From: Candidatus Latescibacterota bacterium
GTDB lineage: Bacteria > Latescibacterota > UBA2968 > UBA8231
DNA: 64,000 nt
Assembly (NCBI GenBank): GCA_965206595.1
Contig: OZ242214.1
Span: 480,001 to 544,000, forward strand
Reading direction: 5' to 3'
Shown: one piece after another, positions 30,491 to 39,168 of the stretch
Layout: every line of letters starts with the position of its first letter
How positions within the stretch are numbered: position 1 is the first letter of the stretch
The notes under the pieces: generated by a model
Databases searched by the model: none
What the model saw: the letters and a program-made list of their open reading frames with translations, nothing else
Told to the model about the DNA's origin: nothing
Translations under genes and position numbers: made by a program

Positions 30491-30728
30491 CTATGGCTTT
30501 ATGCGCCTTGTTGTTGATTCTATTGGCTGCGCTCTGATTACGTTGCAGAGCAACATACAAGGCTAATGCGGCCAGATGATGGTCCCGACTGAAACCCATG
30601 CTTCGGGAGTCATGGTAAGCGATCTACCTGTCTTCGTCTTCCCGGTTGCGCTTGCGGAGCGAGGGATCGGGCGGCCGGGCTTCGGCCTTTATCCGAGCGC
30701 GTTCCGTTTTGAGGCGGGCCCGCTCGGT

Positions 30729-32352
30729 GTAACCGTTCAGTCCCCTGCAGTTGTAGTTTGAGCATATAAAGAAATACCTACGCGGGTTTTGGGGTTCGTC
30801 GGTATCTTCGGGAATCGGTTGTGTGTTGCAGATTTTCCTGGATACGGCGACCCCCATGAAGAGACCTCCTGAGAGTACGATTTCCGAAAGCGACTTGCGC
30901 CAGCGCATTGTCCAGCTCGAGCGGATCGTGGAACAACAGACGGCGCGCATCGCCGAGCTGGAGCGGGAATTGGCCCGCCGCAAGGGGCGGTCCCGCCGCG
31001 GTGCCCGGGCCGCCTCGTCGGAATCGGGCGCTTCCTCTTCGCCTCGCACCGATGCCTCCGGGCGCCGATCCTCGCGCTCGCCGGGCGGGCAGCCGGGGCA
31101 CGAAGGACACGGCCGCTCCTGGGTATCGGTGGAGCAGGTGGACGAACTGATCCCGGTCAAGCCCAGCAATTGCCACCGATGCGGGCACCCGTTGACGGGA
31201 GACGATCCCCATCCGCAGCGTCACCAGGAAGTCGTCATCCCGCCGCTGCGGGCCGAGGTCATCGAGTATCAGTTGCACACCCTGCGCTGCGCTCACTGCG
31301 ACCGCCTGACCGAAGCCGGTTGGCCCGAGGGCGTATCGCGCCACACCTTCGGTCCCAGCGTGCAAGCCTGGGTCGGCCTGCTGGCCGGGGCCTACCGGCT
31401 GAGCAAGCGCAACATCCGGGCGCTGTTGTCCGACGCCTTCGGCCTCAAGGTGTCGCTGGGTACGGTCAGCCGGCTGGAACGGGAGGTGGCCGCGGCCCTG
31501 GCGGGTGCGGTCGAGGAGGCGCGCGCCTTCGTTCGCCGACAGGGCATCGTCAACGTCGACGAGACCGGCTGGCGCCAGCGCCGCGCCAAGGCCTGGTTGT
31601 GGACGGCGGTGACGGCCGGCGTCTCGGTGTTCGCCATTCGCCCCAGCCGCGGCCGTGACGGGGTCGATGAGGTGCTGGGTGTGGATAACCGGGCGGTGGT
31701 CGGCTCCGATCGCTATTCGGCCTACGGGCATCTGCCGCTGCGACGCCGGCAAGTCTGCTGGGCTCATCTGCGGCGCGCCTTCGAGGAGTTCGTGGCCCGG
31801 GGCGGAGAGGCCGAGCGCGTCGGTCAACACCTGTTGGACCGCAGCGAGCAGCTGTTTACCTGGTGGCATCAAGTCCGCGACGGTACCCTGTCCCGCGCCC
31901 GCTTCCAGGACTATATCGACGATTTGTGCCTGCGCTTTCGTTTTCATTTGTGCTATGGGCAGCGGTTCGCCGACGCCAAGACGGCGGCCACCTGCGCCAA
32001 CCTCCTCGACCTCGGGCCGGCCCTGTGGACCTTCGCACGCCGGCCCGGCGTCGAGCCGACCAACAACGACGCCGAACGAGCCCTTCGCCATGGCGTGTTG
32101 TGGCGTCACACCAGCTTCGGCACCCACAGTGCCGAAGGCAGCCGTTTTGTAGAGCGCCTGCTCACGGTGCGCGATACCCTGGGCCAGCAACAGCGCAACG
32201 TCCTCGACTATCTCAGGATGGCCTGTCAGGCTGCCGTGTCTCAGCAGCCGGCGCCCTCGCTGCTGCCTTCAGCCCACTCCCCCATTCGCTAATATCAGCG
32301 CGCAACCATTCCGCCCCCCGGCCCCAACCTGCCAGGGGAACTGAACGGTTAC
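30729..32352 (+). mobile_element. IS66-family element, single-ORF type
   Basis: IR GTAACCGTTCAG / CTGAACGGTTAC; 8-bp target duplication CGCTCGGT. Confidence 0.95.
30856..32292 (+). CDS. IS66 transposase
   Basis: GGQPGHEG, CHRC/CAHC, VDETG, SDRYSAY, CWAHLRR, TNNDAERALR. Confidence 0.95.
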   Translation: MKRPPESTISESDLRQRIVQLERIVEQQTARIAELERELARRKGRSRRGARAASSESGASSSPRTDASGRRSSRSPGGQPGHEGHGRSWVSVEQVDELIPVKPSNCHRCGHPLTGDDPHPQRHQEVVIPPLRAEVIEYQLHTLRCAHCDRLTEAGWPEGVSRHTFGPSVQAWVGLLAGAYRLSKRNIRALLSDAFGLKVSLGTVSRLEREVAAALAGAVEEARAFVRRQGIVNVDETGWRQRRAKAWLWTAVTAGVSVFAIRPSRGRDGVDEVLGVDNRAVVGSDRYSAYGHLPLRRRQVCWAHLRRAFEEFVARGGEAERVGQHLLDRSEQLFTWWHQVRDGTLSRARFQDYIDDLCLRFRFHLCYGQRFADAKTAATCANLLDLGPALWTFARRPGVEPTNNDAERALRHGVLWRHTSFGTHSAEGSRFVERLLTVRDTLGQQQRNVLDYLRMACQAAVSQQPAPSLLPSAHSPIR

Positions 32353-32472
32353 CGCTCGGTTTTGTAGTGGGCTCTATGAATATGGGAGCGTTTTGCCGGC
32401 ATAATCCCCACTTAGCCCTTGATTTCCTCCTCTGCCACCATCTACAGGTTCCACAGCATTTATCGGCATCCA

Positions 32473-33309
32473 TCAGGCATCTCTGTCAACGACATAGGCG
32501 TCGTAGGTGTCCGTCAGGCTGACGCGCTGGCCTATGGCCTGCAGGCGCTCGATCCCCCCGTTAGCCGGTTCCTCCGTGAAGCCGAGCGGTTCCCACATGG
32601 CACCGCAGTCCCGGACCATGATGACGGCCCGGCCGCCGGGGGCCAGCATCATGGGTATCTTGTCCACGTCCTTGGCGGACAGGAAGCCGTCATGGCCGTG
32701 CAGGATGAGGATCTGGTCGTACGGATCCGTCGGGTACCAATGCCCGAATGAGCAGCAGTGGAGGCGGTCTGCGAAAAGCGGATTTCTGCTGGCGCACACG
32801 CGGAGCATGTTTTCAGACCAGTCGATACCGCTGTAAAGCTGGGGCCGAATGTCCGGGTTGTTCCTGAGCAGCCAGCCGGTACCACATCCCACGTCGAGGA
32901 TCCGCTGACCGGTCAGATCGCCCAACAGGGCCCCGAGGGGCTCGTCTCCGTGCCCGTTGGCCATGACCTGATCATACTGGTGGGCTACCTCGTCATAGGG
33001 CGTCTCGTAGCGCATCCGGGCGCGGTTCAGTATGGTCGTATCCTTCGGCGGCCACCCCATCGTCCAGTAGTAGTGGCCGTTGACCGTCAGGCTTTTGTAG
33101 TACTGGCGATTACCGTATCGGCGGCTGTAACCGAACTCCTGAACCAGCGTGGCTACTTCTTCGAAATCGTCTTCTGACCAGTTCACCCTGACGGTGTAGT
33201 AGTGCGGCTTTTCGGGCATCGTCTTGGCGAACCGGAAGGACGCTGATTTAGTCAGATCGGCTACCCGGAACAGTTGATCGTGAGTGATCCCCGGTTGGTT
33301 GTCGAACAT
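32473..33309 (-). CDS. Class I SAM-dependent methyltransferase with N-terminal AKTMP domain
   Basis: ILDVGCGTG, GIDWSENML, LAPGG; N-term FAKTMPEKPHYY...YWTMG; RBS AAGGAG. Confidence 0.85.
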   Translation of the reverse strand: MFDNQPGITHDQLFRVADLTKSASFRFAKTMPEKPHYYTVRVNWSEDDFEEVATLVQEFGYSRRYGNRQYYKSLTVNGHYYWTMGWPPKDTTILNRARMRYETPYDEVAHQYDQVMANGHGDEPLGALLGDLTGQRILDVGCGTGWLLRNNPDIRPQLYSGIDWSENMLRVCASRNPLFADRLHCCSFGHWYPTDPYDQILILHGHDGFLSAKDVDKIPMMLAPGGRAVIMVRDCGAMWEPLGFTEEPANGGIERLQAIGQRVSLTDTYDAYVVDRDA

Positions 33310-33449
33310 GGCTGTTTTCTCCTTGAGCGTGAGGTGGTTCAGTCTCGTTCAAATTCTATGAGCTGGCTAAGTTATAGGCTGGCAACTGTGCTCGGGCAAT
33401 CTGAGCGGTAGGCATAGAGGTCTCGAAGATCTTCCATTCCGACTCTAAA

Positions 33450-33818
33450 ATGGATCAGTCCGCCCCGGATGATGTCACTGACAGACGTGTCTACTCTGCA
33501 AGTGGGGCGGTGGAGATCAAGAAATTCCTCCTCACGAACGAGAAACTCAGAGTCTTCAACTTCATCCGGCTGCATGGTAGTATCCAAGCCATCCAACTTC
33601 CCGATACCCCCACCAGAACCACCATCACCAGATGGCACAGTCACGTCGATTGGACCGTGCGGCCTTCTGCCGGCGCTGGGGTGGCCTACATGCCGACAGA
33701 GTATGCAGGTGTCTGGATGTCCCAAGGCTGGCACGTCTCGATAAGCAGATTGAGATGGATTCGTTCTTTCGACTTCGGGGTTCTTTCCCCTCGGCTGGTC
33801 TTTTTCGTCTGGTTCTGA
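33450..33818 (+). CDS. Hypothetical protein
   Basis: 122-aa ORF; no motif recognised. Confidence 0.4.
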   Translation: MDQSAPDDVTDRRVYSASGAVEIKKFLLTNEKLRVFNFIRLHGSIQAIQLPDTPTRTTITRWHSHVDWTVRPSAGAGVAYMPTEYAGVWMSQGWHVSISRLRWIRSFDFGVLSPRLVFFVWF

Positions 33819-33967
33819 AAATCCCCGGTATCAAGTGATCTTTCTGGATGTCTCATGGCACTTCTGGTAGTTGTTTTCATGATGATAGCTGTCCACCCCC
33901 CAGGGTTTCGCCGTGGAAATTCCCGGTGGGGCTCTGAGGCTTTTTTATTCAACAGGATATTTTGGAT

Positions 33968-34429
33968 ATGAAACTGATAGCAGCTGTTATTATTCTCGCC
34001 GCCCCACTACAGGCAAGTGAGTGGAGCCTGGGCGTTGATCTTCCATTGGATCAGGGCGGGACGAGCTTATGGAATACCGGAGAAAAGTGGGGATACGGCA
34101 TTACTCTTGGCGGCCCCATTGTCAGCTTGGGGTGTTGCGATGACTCTAAGCTATACTATTCCTTGGGGTCCCTTACGGTACAGAGGTTCACGGGGAAGAT
34201 GTTTTGCTTTGGAGAAATAGGATACAAGATCCGAGGCCGGGATAGCCATTATGAAGCCAAAGGCGGCTTCATCAAAATGAGAGCCGGAGCTGGAATTTCC
34301 AGAAAGTATAAAGATTTTGGAGTCCTTATATCCTACGGGTTTGGATATGAGGGCTGGGATGGAGACGGCATTTACGAGAGAGTAGGACTGGACGCTTACC
34401 CGAGAGTAGTGGTTCATTGGACGCTGTGA
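33968..34429 (+). CDS. Secreted protein, possibly a small outer-membrane beta-barrel
   Basis: Signal peptide MKLIAAVIILAAPLQA; Gly/aromatic alternating strands; ends VVVHWTL. Confidence 0.55.
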   Translation: MKLIAAVIILAAPLQASEWSLGVDLPLDQGGTSLWNTGEKWGYGITLGGPIVSLGCCDDSKLYYSLGSLTVQRFTGKMFCFGEIGYKIRGRDSHYEAKGGFIKMRAGAGISRKYKDFGVLISYGFGYEGWDGDGIYERVGLDAYPRVVVHWTL

Positions 34430-34646
34430 GTAAGCCGCTGGACGGAGCCTTACAAGTCTTACTCTTTTTCTACGGCCTTTGAGGAATAAACTAACGGTTC
34501 AGTTTCATGCCACTTCTTTGATGATAAAGATGATTTATACCACACAGATCCGTCTTTGCATATTACAACAATCCCTACCCCTCCCTTTCCCTTGGATGAG
34601 TATGTGGCTATTCCTACAGGTTCCTTTTCAGCCGTCCGTTCATGAC

Positions 34647-34717
34647 GGTTCCCTTGGCTCTATCGTAGTAACTGCTTGCGAGGCAGTAGGTTATGGGTTC
34701 GAATCCCCATCAAACCA
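34647..34717 (+). pseudogene. Degenerate tRNA-like sequence, anticodon GCG
   Basis: ACTGC-TTGCGAG-GCAGT arm, GGGTTCGAATCCC T-arm, GGTT...AACCA ends; acceptor and D stems imperfect. Confidence 0.45.
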
Positions 34718-34964
34718 TATTCCCATTTCCCATGTAAGCGTAAGACTTACGCCGGTCAATCAAGGCGAAAGGCCATAGGCCAGCCGTGTCAGCCTGACCG
34801 CAGCTATGACGCCTATGTCGTTGACACGGGTGAGTTATTTGCTAAATTCCATCCCTCAGCACTCTTGGTTACTCGCTTTTTTCCAGCACTACAACCCGGG
34901 CGATGATCGCCCCAGGAAAGGATTCCAATGGCTCTCAAGAAGCTCGGAAATAGCTACCTCGTAG

Positions 34965-36839
34965 GTGCCAACGACAGCGCACAGGCATTACCCGACGATA
35001 ACATCAATTACCGGAGGTTGGAAGGATTTTCTGGTGTGGGTTCCTTCATACAACTCCGATCAGCAGGCCGTGATTACCGGGTATTCCAACAAGCCGGACT
35101 CCTGGATAGATGCTTCCCTCTACCGTTGCAACAATCTCCTGGACGATCCAGGGACGTTTGTGGACGATGAATCCGTACGATCCACAATCCGGGAAGATGG
35201 GGGAGCGTCCATGACGTTTGAGTTTGGCCCGGCACCAGCTCGCCTTTCCGGGCTGTTCCGTCTCCGAATAAAGCCAAGAGACAATGATTCGATGTTCACG
35301 GTGGACTTTCAGAACCTTCCCTGGTATGCCATGGAGTGCTGGGAGCCGCGCAATAATTTCTACATCTTCGGTGTAGCCAGCCTCGCTCCCGTCAAACAAT
35401 ATTTCTTCATTCCAAGGCTGACCGAGGATGACGATTATGTTCGGGTGCGGTTGCAGACCGGGAATAACATCGAAAAAGCACAGATCGACATATACACGGA
35501 AACAGGGACAGATCCAATTGCTACGGCGAAATGCAAGGGAAAGGATGCGTCAGGAGGCGATCACCCTTGGTTCGACACGGCCCGGATAGAGGGAGACGAC
35601 CTTCCCTCAGGGTATCCAGGGGCTATCTATCGGTTCAAACTTACTAACCCTGTAAGTACTGGAAGGCAGCCGAGCGGGAATACCTGGGTGCGGTTTTCCA
35701 AGAACGTAGTTCCGTACTTTTCGGGTAGGGCCGAGCGGTTGATATACCCGATCCTTCATCAGAGAATCGATCCGGTTTCGTATGTCGATGAGTCTCGATC
35801 CCACCGGCTATACTTGACAGTTCCCCGGACCGTTCCTTCGGGAGAGACGGCCATTATCCCAGAAGCCAGTGAACTGAAGTTGAAAACAGGAACGTCGCCG
35901 GAATCGGACACGACAACGGGCTTTTCCGTTACCACAACGCTGACCTTGGATACTCCTCAGAAGATCGAAAGAGGAGATAATTTAATCGCGCAACTCCTGG
36001 ATGGGGATACGGTAGTCGCGGACAGCACCGACAAGGTCGATGCCCTTTACGGCATTCGGGAGCCCGTATACGACAGCGACTTCCCCGCAAAGATGACGGC
36101 TGTATGGGATAATGGGAACGGACGGACTACTTCTGGGGTATTGAAAGGTGGGCACGTCAACACAGTTCAGACGAGCAATGAAACCTCCATACCGCAGATC
36201 ATTGCACAGGAAGGACTGAAAGCCTGGGGCGCTCTGTACACACCTCCAGAGCAAAACAATCCTCCAATAAAGGCTTGGTTCAAGACAGAGGTCGGAGGAG
36301 AATACCCAAATGCAAACAGCGAGAATGTTCGCTTTTGGGGATACAAAGACGAGCCCGACAGCGGACCTGGGTATTACCGGGCTTCTGGAAACGTCTATCC
36401 GGTAACTGCCCTCAAGGACTTGTATGACGCTTTTCTATGCTATACGGGTTATACGAGTAAGCCCTTTCAAATCACCATCCAGCATACCATTTTCATTGAG
36501 GAATACAGCCGAGCATGCGACATTATCGGCAGCGATCCGTACGTCTGTGAAATTAAGAATTGGCCAAATGCCAATCGTGCACGGGACTGCGCAGCGGAGC
36601 TGACGTACAATAAAACTCCTCAACAAAAGCGGATGCTTATCATGTGGTGGTGGGACCCGAAGCTAGGGGTGGGAACAGCCGTTGGAGTATCCCTTTTCGG
36701 AGACGCATTCGCAGAATCGACGGGGATGGAGAGCATAGGAAGCTGGAACTTTTCGTCAGCAGGCGAGCAACTGAATAGTGTCGATCCTGCTCTATGGACA
36801 GAGATAACAAACAGAAACAACGGCTGGATCAATTCGTGA
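34965..36839 (+). CDS. Large hypothetical protein with C-terminal glycoside-hydrolase-like barrel
   Basis: FWGYKDEP and DIIGSDPY motifs; start uncertain. Confidence 0.6.
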   Translation: MPTTAHRHYPTITSITGGWKDFLVWVPSYNSDQQAVITGYSNKPDSWIDASLYRCNNLLDDPGTFVDDESVRSTIREDGGASMTFEFGPAPARLSGLFRLRIKPRDNDSMFTVDFQNLPWYAMECWEPRNNFYIFGVASLAPVKQYFFIPRLTEDDDYVRVRLQTGNNIEKAQIDIYTETGTDPIATAKCKGKDASGGDHPWFDTARIEGDDLPSGYPGAIYRFKLTNPVSTGRQPSGNTWVRFSKNVVPYFSGRAERLIYPILHQRIDPVSYVDESRSHRLYLTVPRTVPSGETAIIPEASELKLKTGTSPESDTTTGFSVTTTLTLDTPQKIERGDNLIAQLLDGDTVVADSTDKVDALYGIREPVYDSDFPAKMTAVWDNGNGRTTSGVLKGGHVNTVQTSNETSIPQIIAQEGLKAWGALYTPPEQNNPPIKAWFKTEVGGEYPNANSENVRFWGYKDEPDSGPGYYRASGNVYPVTALKDLYDAFLCYTGYTSKPFQITIQHTIFIEEYSRACDIIGSDPYVCEIKNWPNANRARDCAAELTYNKTPQQKRMLIMWWWDPKLGVGTAVGVSLFGDAFAESTGMESIGSWNFSSAGEQLNSVDPALWTEITNRNNGWINS

Positions 36840-37963
36840 TTTCCCTCCTGTTCTTCCTGTTGCTGTCCCTTCCTGCCTGGGGGCAGCAATGGGAAGAAAT
36901 ATCCTCACCCTCCGGTTTGCACCTGTGGGATCTGGTCTTTGTGGACAACAGCGTTGGCTATGCGGCCGGCCCTAATCACGTAATAAAGACTGAAGACGGC
37001 GGTTATACCTGGGATCATATCCCCCTTTCGGGGATGGCTGAGGAAAAATATGGTGCTAGCATTTCGTTCATAAATCACCAGGAAGTAGTAGTTGGCCGTA
37101 ACGATTTAGGGCTATGGAAAACAGAGGATGGAGGAACCACCTGGAAAGTTTGGAACGATACCATTACCGGAATCTCTCGACGGCTTCATTTGGATAGCTC
37201 CGGAAGTGGATGGTATCTTGTCGAGAAACAACTGTGGCGGACAACAAGAGGAGAGGAATGGGTTCTAAACTCTCTGGAATTGCCTCCTGATTTTGCAGGA
37301 GGACGCCAATTGGGAAGAGATTGGGAGTGCTGCTTCAGTAACAATTTTCGGGATATGTATTGGTTCGACCGCGATTATGGAATTGTCGTAGGGGGATACG
37401 GCGAAGACCGAAAGCAAGCTGATCTTTATGATATGGGAAGAATGCATACGACTTACGATGGCGGTAAATCATGGAAAGAATGGGAAATCACCAGAGTTCT
37501 GGCTGCAGTACTGGGTGGAATAATTGTCGGGCCGAATCCTGAGAAAATATGGATTGTTGGTTCTGGAGAGCAATTATACATTGGTCATGCTATGTCGTGG
37601 AATATAATGTTACCTCGGGGGGGTCCAGATTACGAAAAGTTCAGACCTACTAGCTCCATGAGTGGCGGGGCTCCACATCTTAACTGGTGGTTTAGCACTG
37701 GGTTCATACTGGACGAACAAACAGGCTGGATTGCCGGTACACGAATTATGCGTACTGAGGATGGGGGAGAAACCTGGACCGTAGAATACGGCCCTGGCGA
37801 TGAATTAAACCCTGAATGGATACTTCGCATGGTGAGGGTGGATAACCGATTGATAGCCGTAGGATGGCGCGGCAGGATTTTAATGCGAGAAATCGGAGGT
37901 TCTTCGACAGGCATATCCCCTGCTTCCTGGGGAACTCTGAAGAGAGAGATTGCCGATGACTAA
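36836..37963 (+). CDS. Secreted YCF48/BNR-repeat propeller with SWGxLK C-terminal motif
   Basis: Signal peptide; TEDGGxTW repeats; ends TGISPASWGTLK; GTGA overlap with upstream gene. Confidence 0.85.
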   Translation: MISLLFFLLLSLPAWGQQWEEISSPSGLHLWDLVFVDNSVGYAAGPNHVIKTEDGGYTWDHIPLSGMAEEKYGASISFINHQEVVVGRNDLGLWKTEDGGTTWKVWNDTITGISRRLHLDSSGSGWYLVEKQLWRTTRGEEWVLNSLELPPDFAGGRQLGRDWECCFSNNFRDMYWFDRDYGIVVGGYGEDRKQADLYDMGRMHTTYDGGKSWKEWEITRVLAAVLGGIIVGPNPEKIWIVGSGEQLYIGHAMSWNIMLPRGGPDYEKFRPTSSMSGGAPHLNWWFSTGFILDEQTGWIAGTRIMRTEDGGETWTVEYGPGDELNPEWILRMVRVDNRLIAVGWRGRILMREIGGSSTGISPASWGTLKREIADD

Positions 37964-38004
37964 GGTTCGGAACAGGCCAAAAAAATATGGAGATTATATA
38001 CAAT

Positions 38005-38688
38005 CTCTACGTGGCCTTCGTGTCCAGCGACGACGTGTACAAGAACGATCACGACTACGATGCAATTCGGGGATCTCTTAGAGATTTCATAGATGTCAAT
38101 GACAGCATCACTTTGGCCATCGATGGAGATCACAGCGGGGGCAAGGGCTGTCCCTACAATTGCCAGATGGAGGATTTGCGGGAGGTCCGCAGCAGGAATC
38201 AGCGCTATGAGGCCATCGCGCGCACCGTCAGCGGCTCCACCCTGGATGATATCTCTACCAGATATATAACGGAAAAGATCGCCTGGACGGTCCTGCCTCC
38301 CTACGGGCAGGGAGGCGGCGGCGTAGCAGGGGAAGCCCCGGTGATCAGCGTGATCGAGTTCTACGTCACCCCGTTCGACCGCTTTTCGTTCGATGATCCC
38401 GAGGGGAGCGTGGCCAGCGATCTGGCCGCGGGCCAGGTCATCGGCTTTGCTATCATGGTCAACGACTGGGATAGTTTTGATAGGGCTGATGATATGGAGG
38501 TTAATTCGTACTGGGTACCCGAAGCCATGAATCGCGGTGATGCCGACGACAGGCAGCATGAGATAGATGCCGGTTGGGCGGATTTCTTCCTCGACGGCAT
38601 CTTGCTGCCGGCCGGCGCCGAACCGGAAGGCACCGCGGTCGAGTCGGTCTCCTGGGGGCGAATCAAAGCCTCCCTGGAGTTGGAGTAG
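38005..38688 (+). pseudogene. 5'-truncated paralog of the SWGRIK secreted family
   Basis: Starts at LYVAF; DGDHSGG, IEFYVTPFD, GQVIGF, AVESVSWGRIKASLE. Confidence 0.8.
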
Positions 38689-38779
38689 CCGCCATCCCCC
38701 CTTCGCCCGCGGTTCACTTGTGCCCGACGAATTCCTCGCCACCTGACCTGGACCGACCTGTGACTGGATCATCCTGCAA

Positions 38780-39104
38780 ACTGACGATCGGCCTGTCCCT
38801 TTTTTCGCTCCTCTGGCAGTTGTCCAATCCCGACGCCGCCCATACCCGGAACGAGAGCGTCTTTCTCATGGCCCGGGACGGGTCCTCCATCCAGCGCCTG
38901 TCCGCGACCGAGGGCCGGTCCGCCCCGGGCTGGGGCCCGGACGGCCGGGCCTTCGTTTCCAACCGGGACGGGTTGACCTCCATTTATCGCATGGCCTCCG
39001 ACGGCACCGGCGTCACCCGGCTGACTACGGGGCACGACGGAGACTGGAAGCCGGCCTGGGCACCTGACGGCGAAAGCCTCTGTTTCGTCTCCAGCCGCAG
39101 GTAA
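38780..39104 (+). pseudogene. TolB-like PD40 repeat fragment
   Basis: WGPDG, FVSNRDG, PAWAPDG; no good start. Confidence 0.65.
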
Positions 39105-39168
39105 CCCGTACCTTGAGGAGCGGTGCCGCCGGGTCCTGCGGGTAGGGCCGCCAAGACCGCTTCTGCTT

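Larger units (their letters stand above)
30681..32473 (-). pseudogene. Small phage-like Cys-containing protein (about 50 aa) interrupted by IS66
   Basis: MDADKCCGTCRWW...GLC; coupled to the methyltransferase (TGATG); excision gives ...KPSGPASKRNALG*. Confidence 0.5.
27028..38000. mobile_element. AT-richer phage/ICE-like island bounded by a direct repeat
   Basis: GGAGATTATATA at 27028-27039 and 37989-38000; composition shift; small ORFs with strong RBS; truncated genes on both flanks; no integrase seen. Confidence 0.65.
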
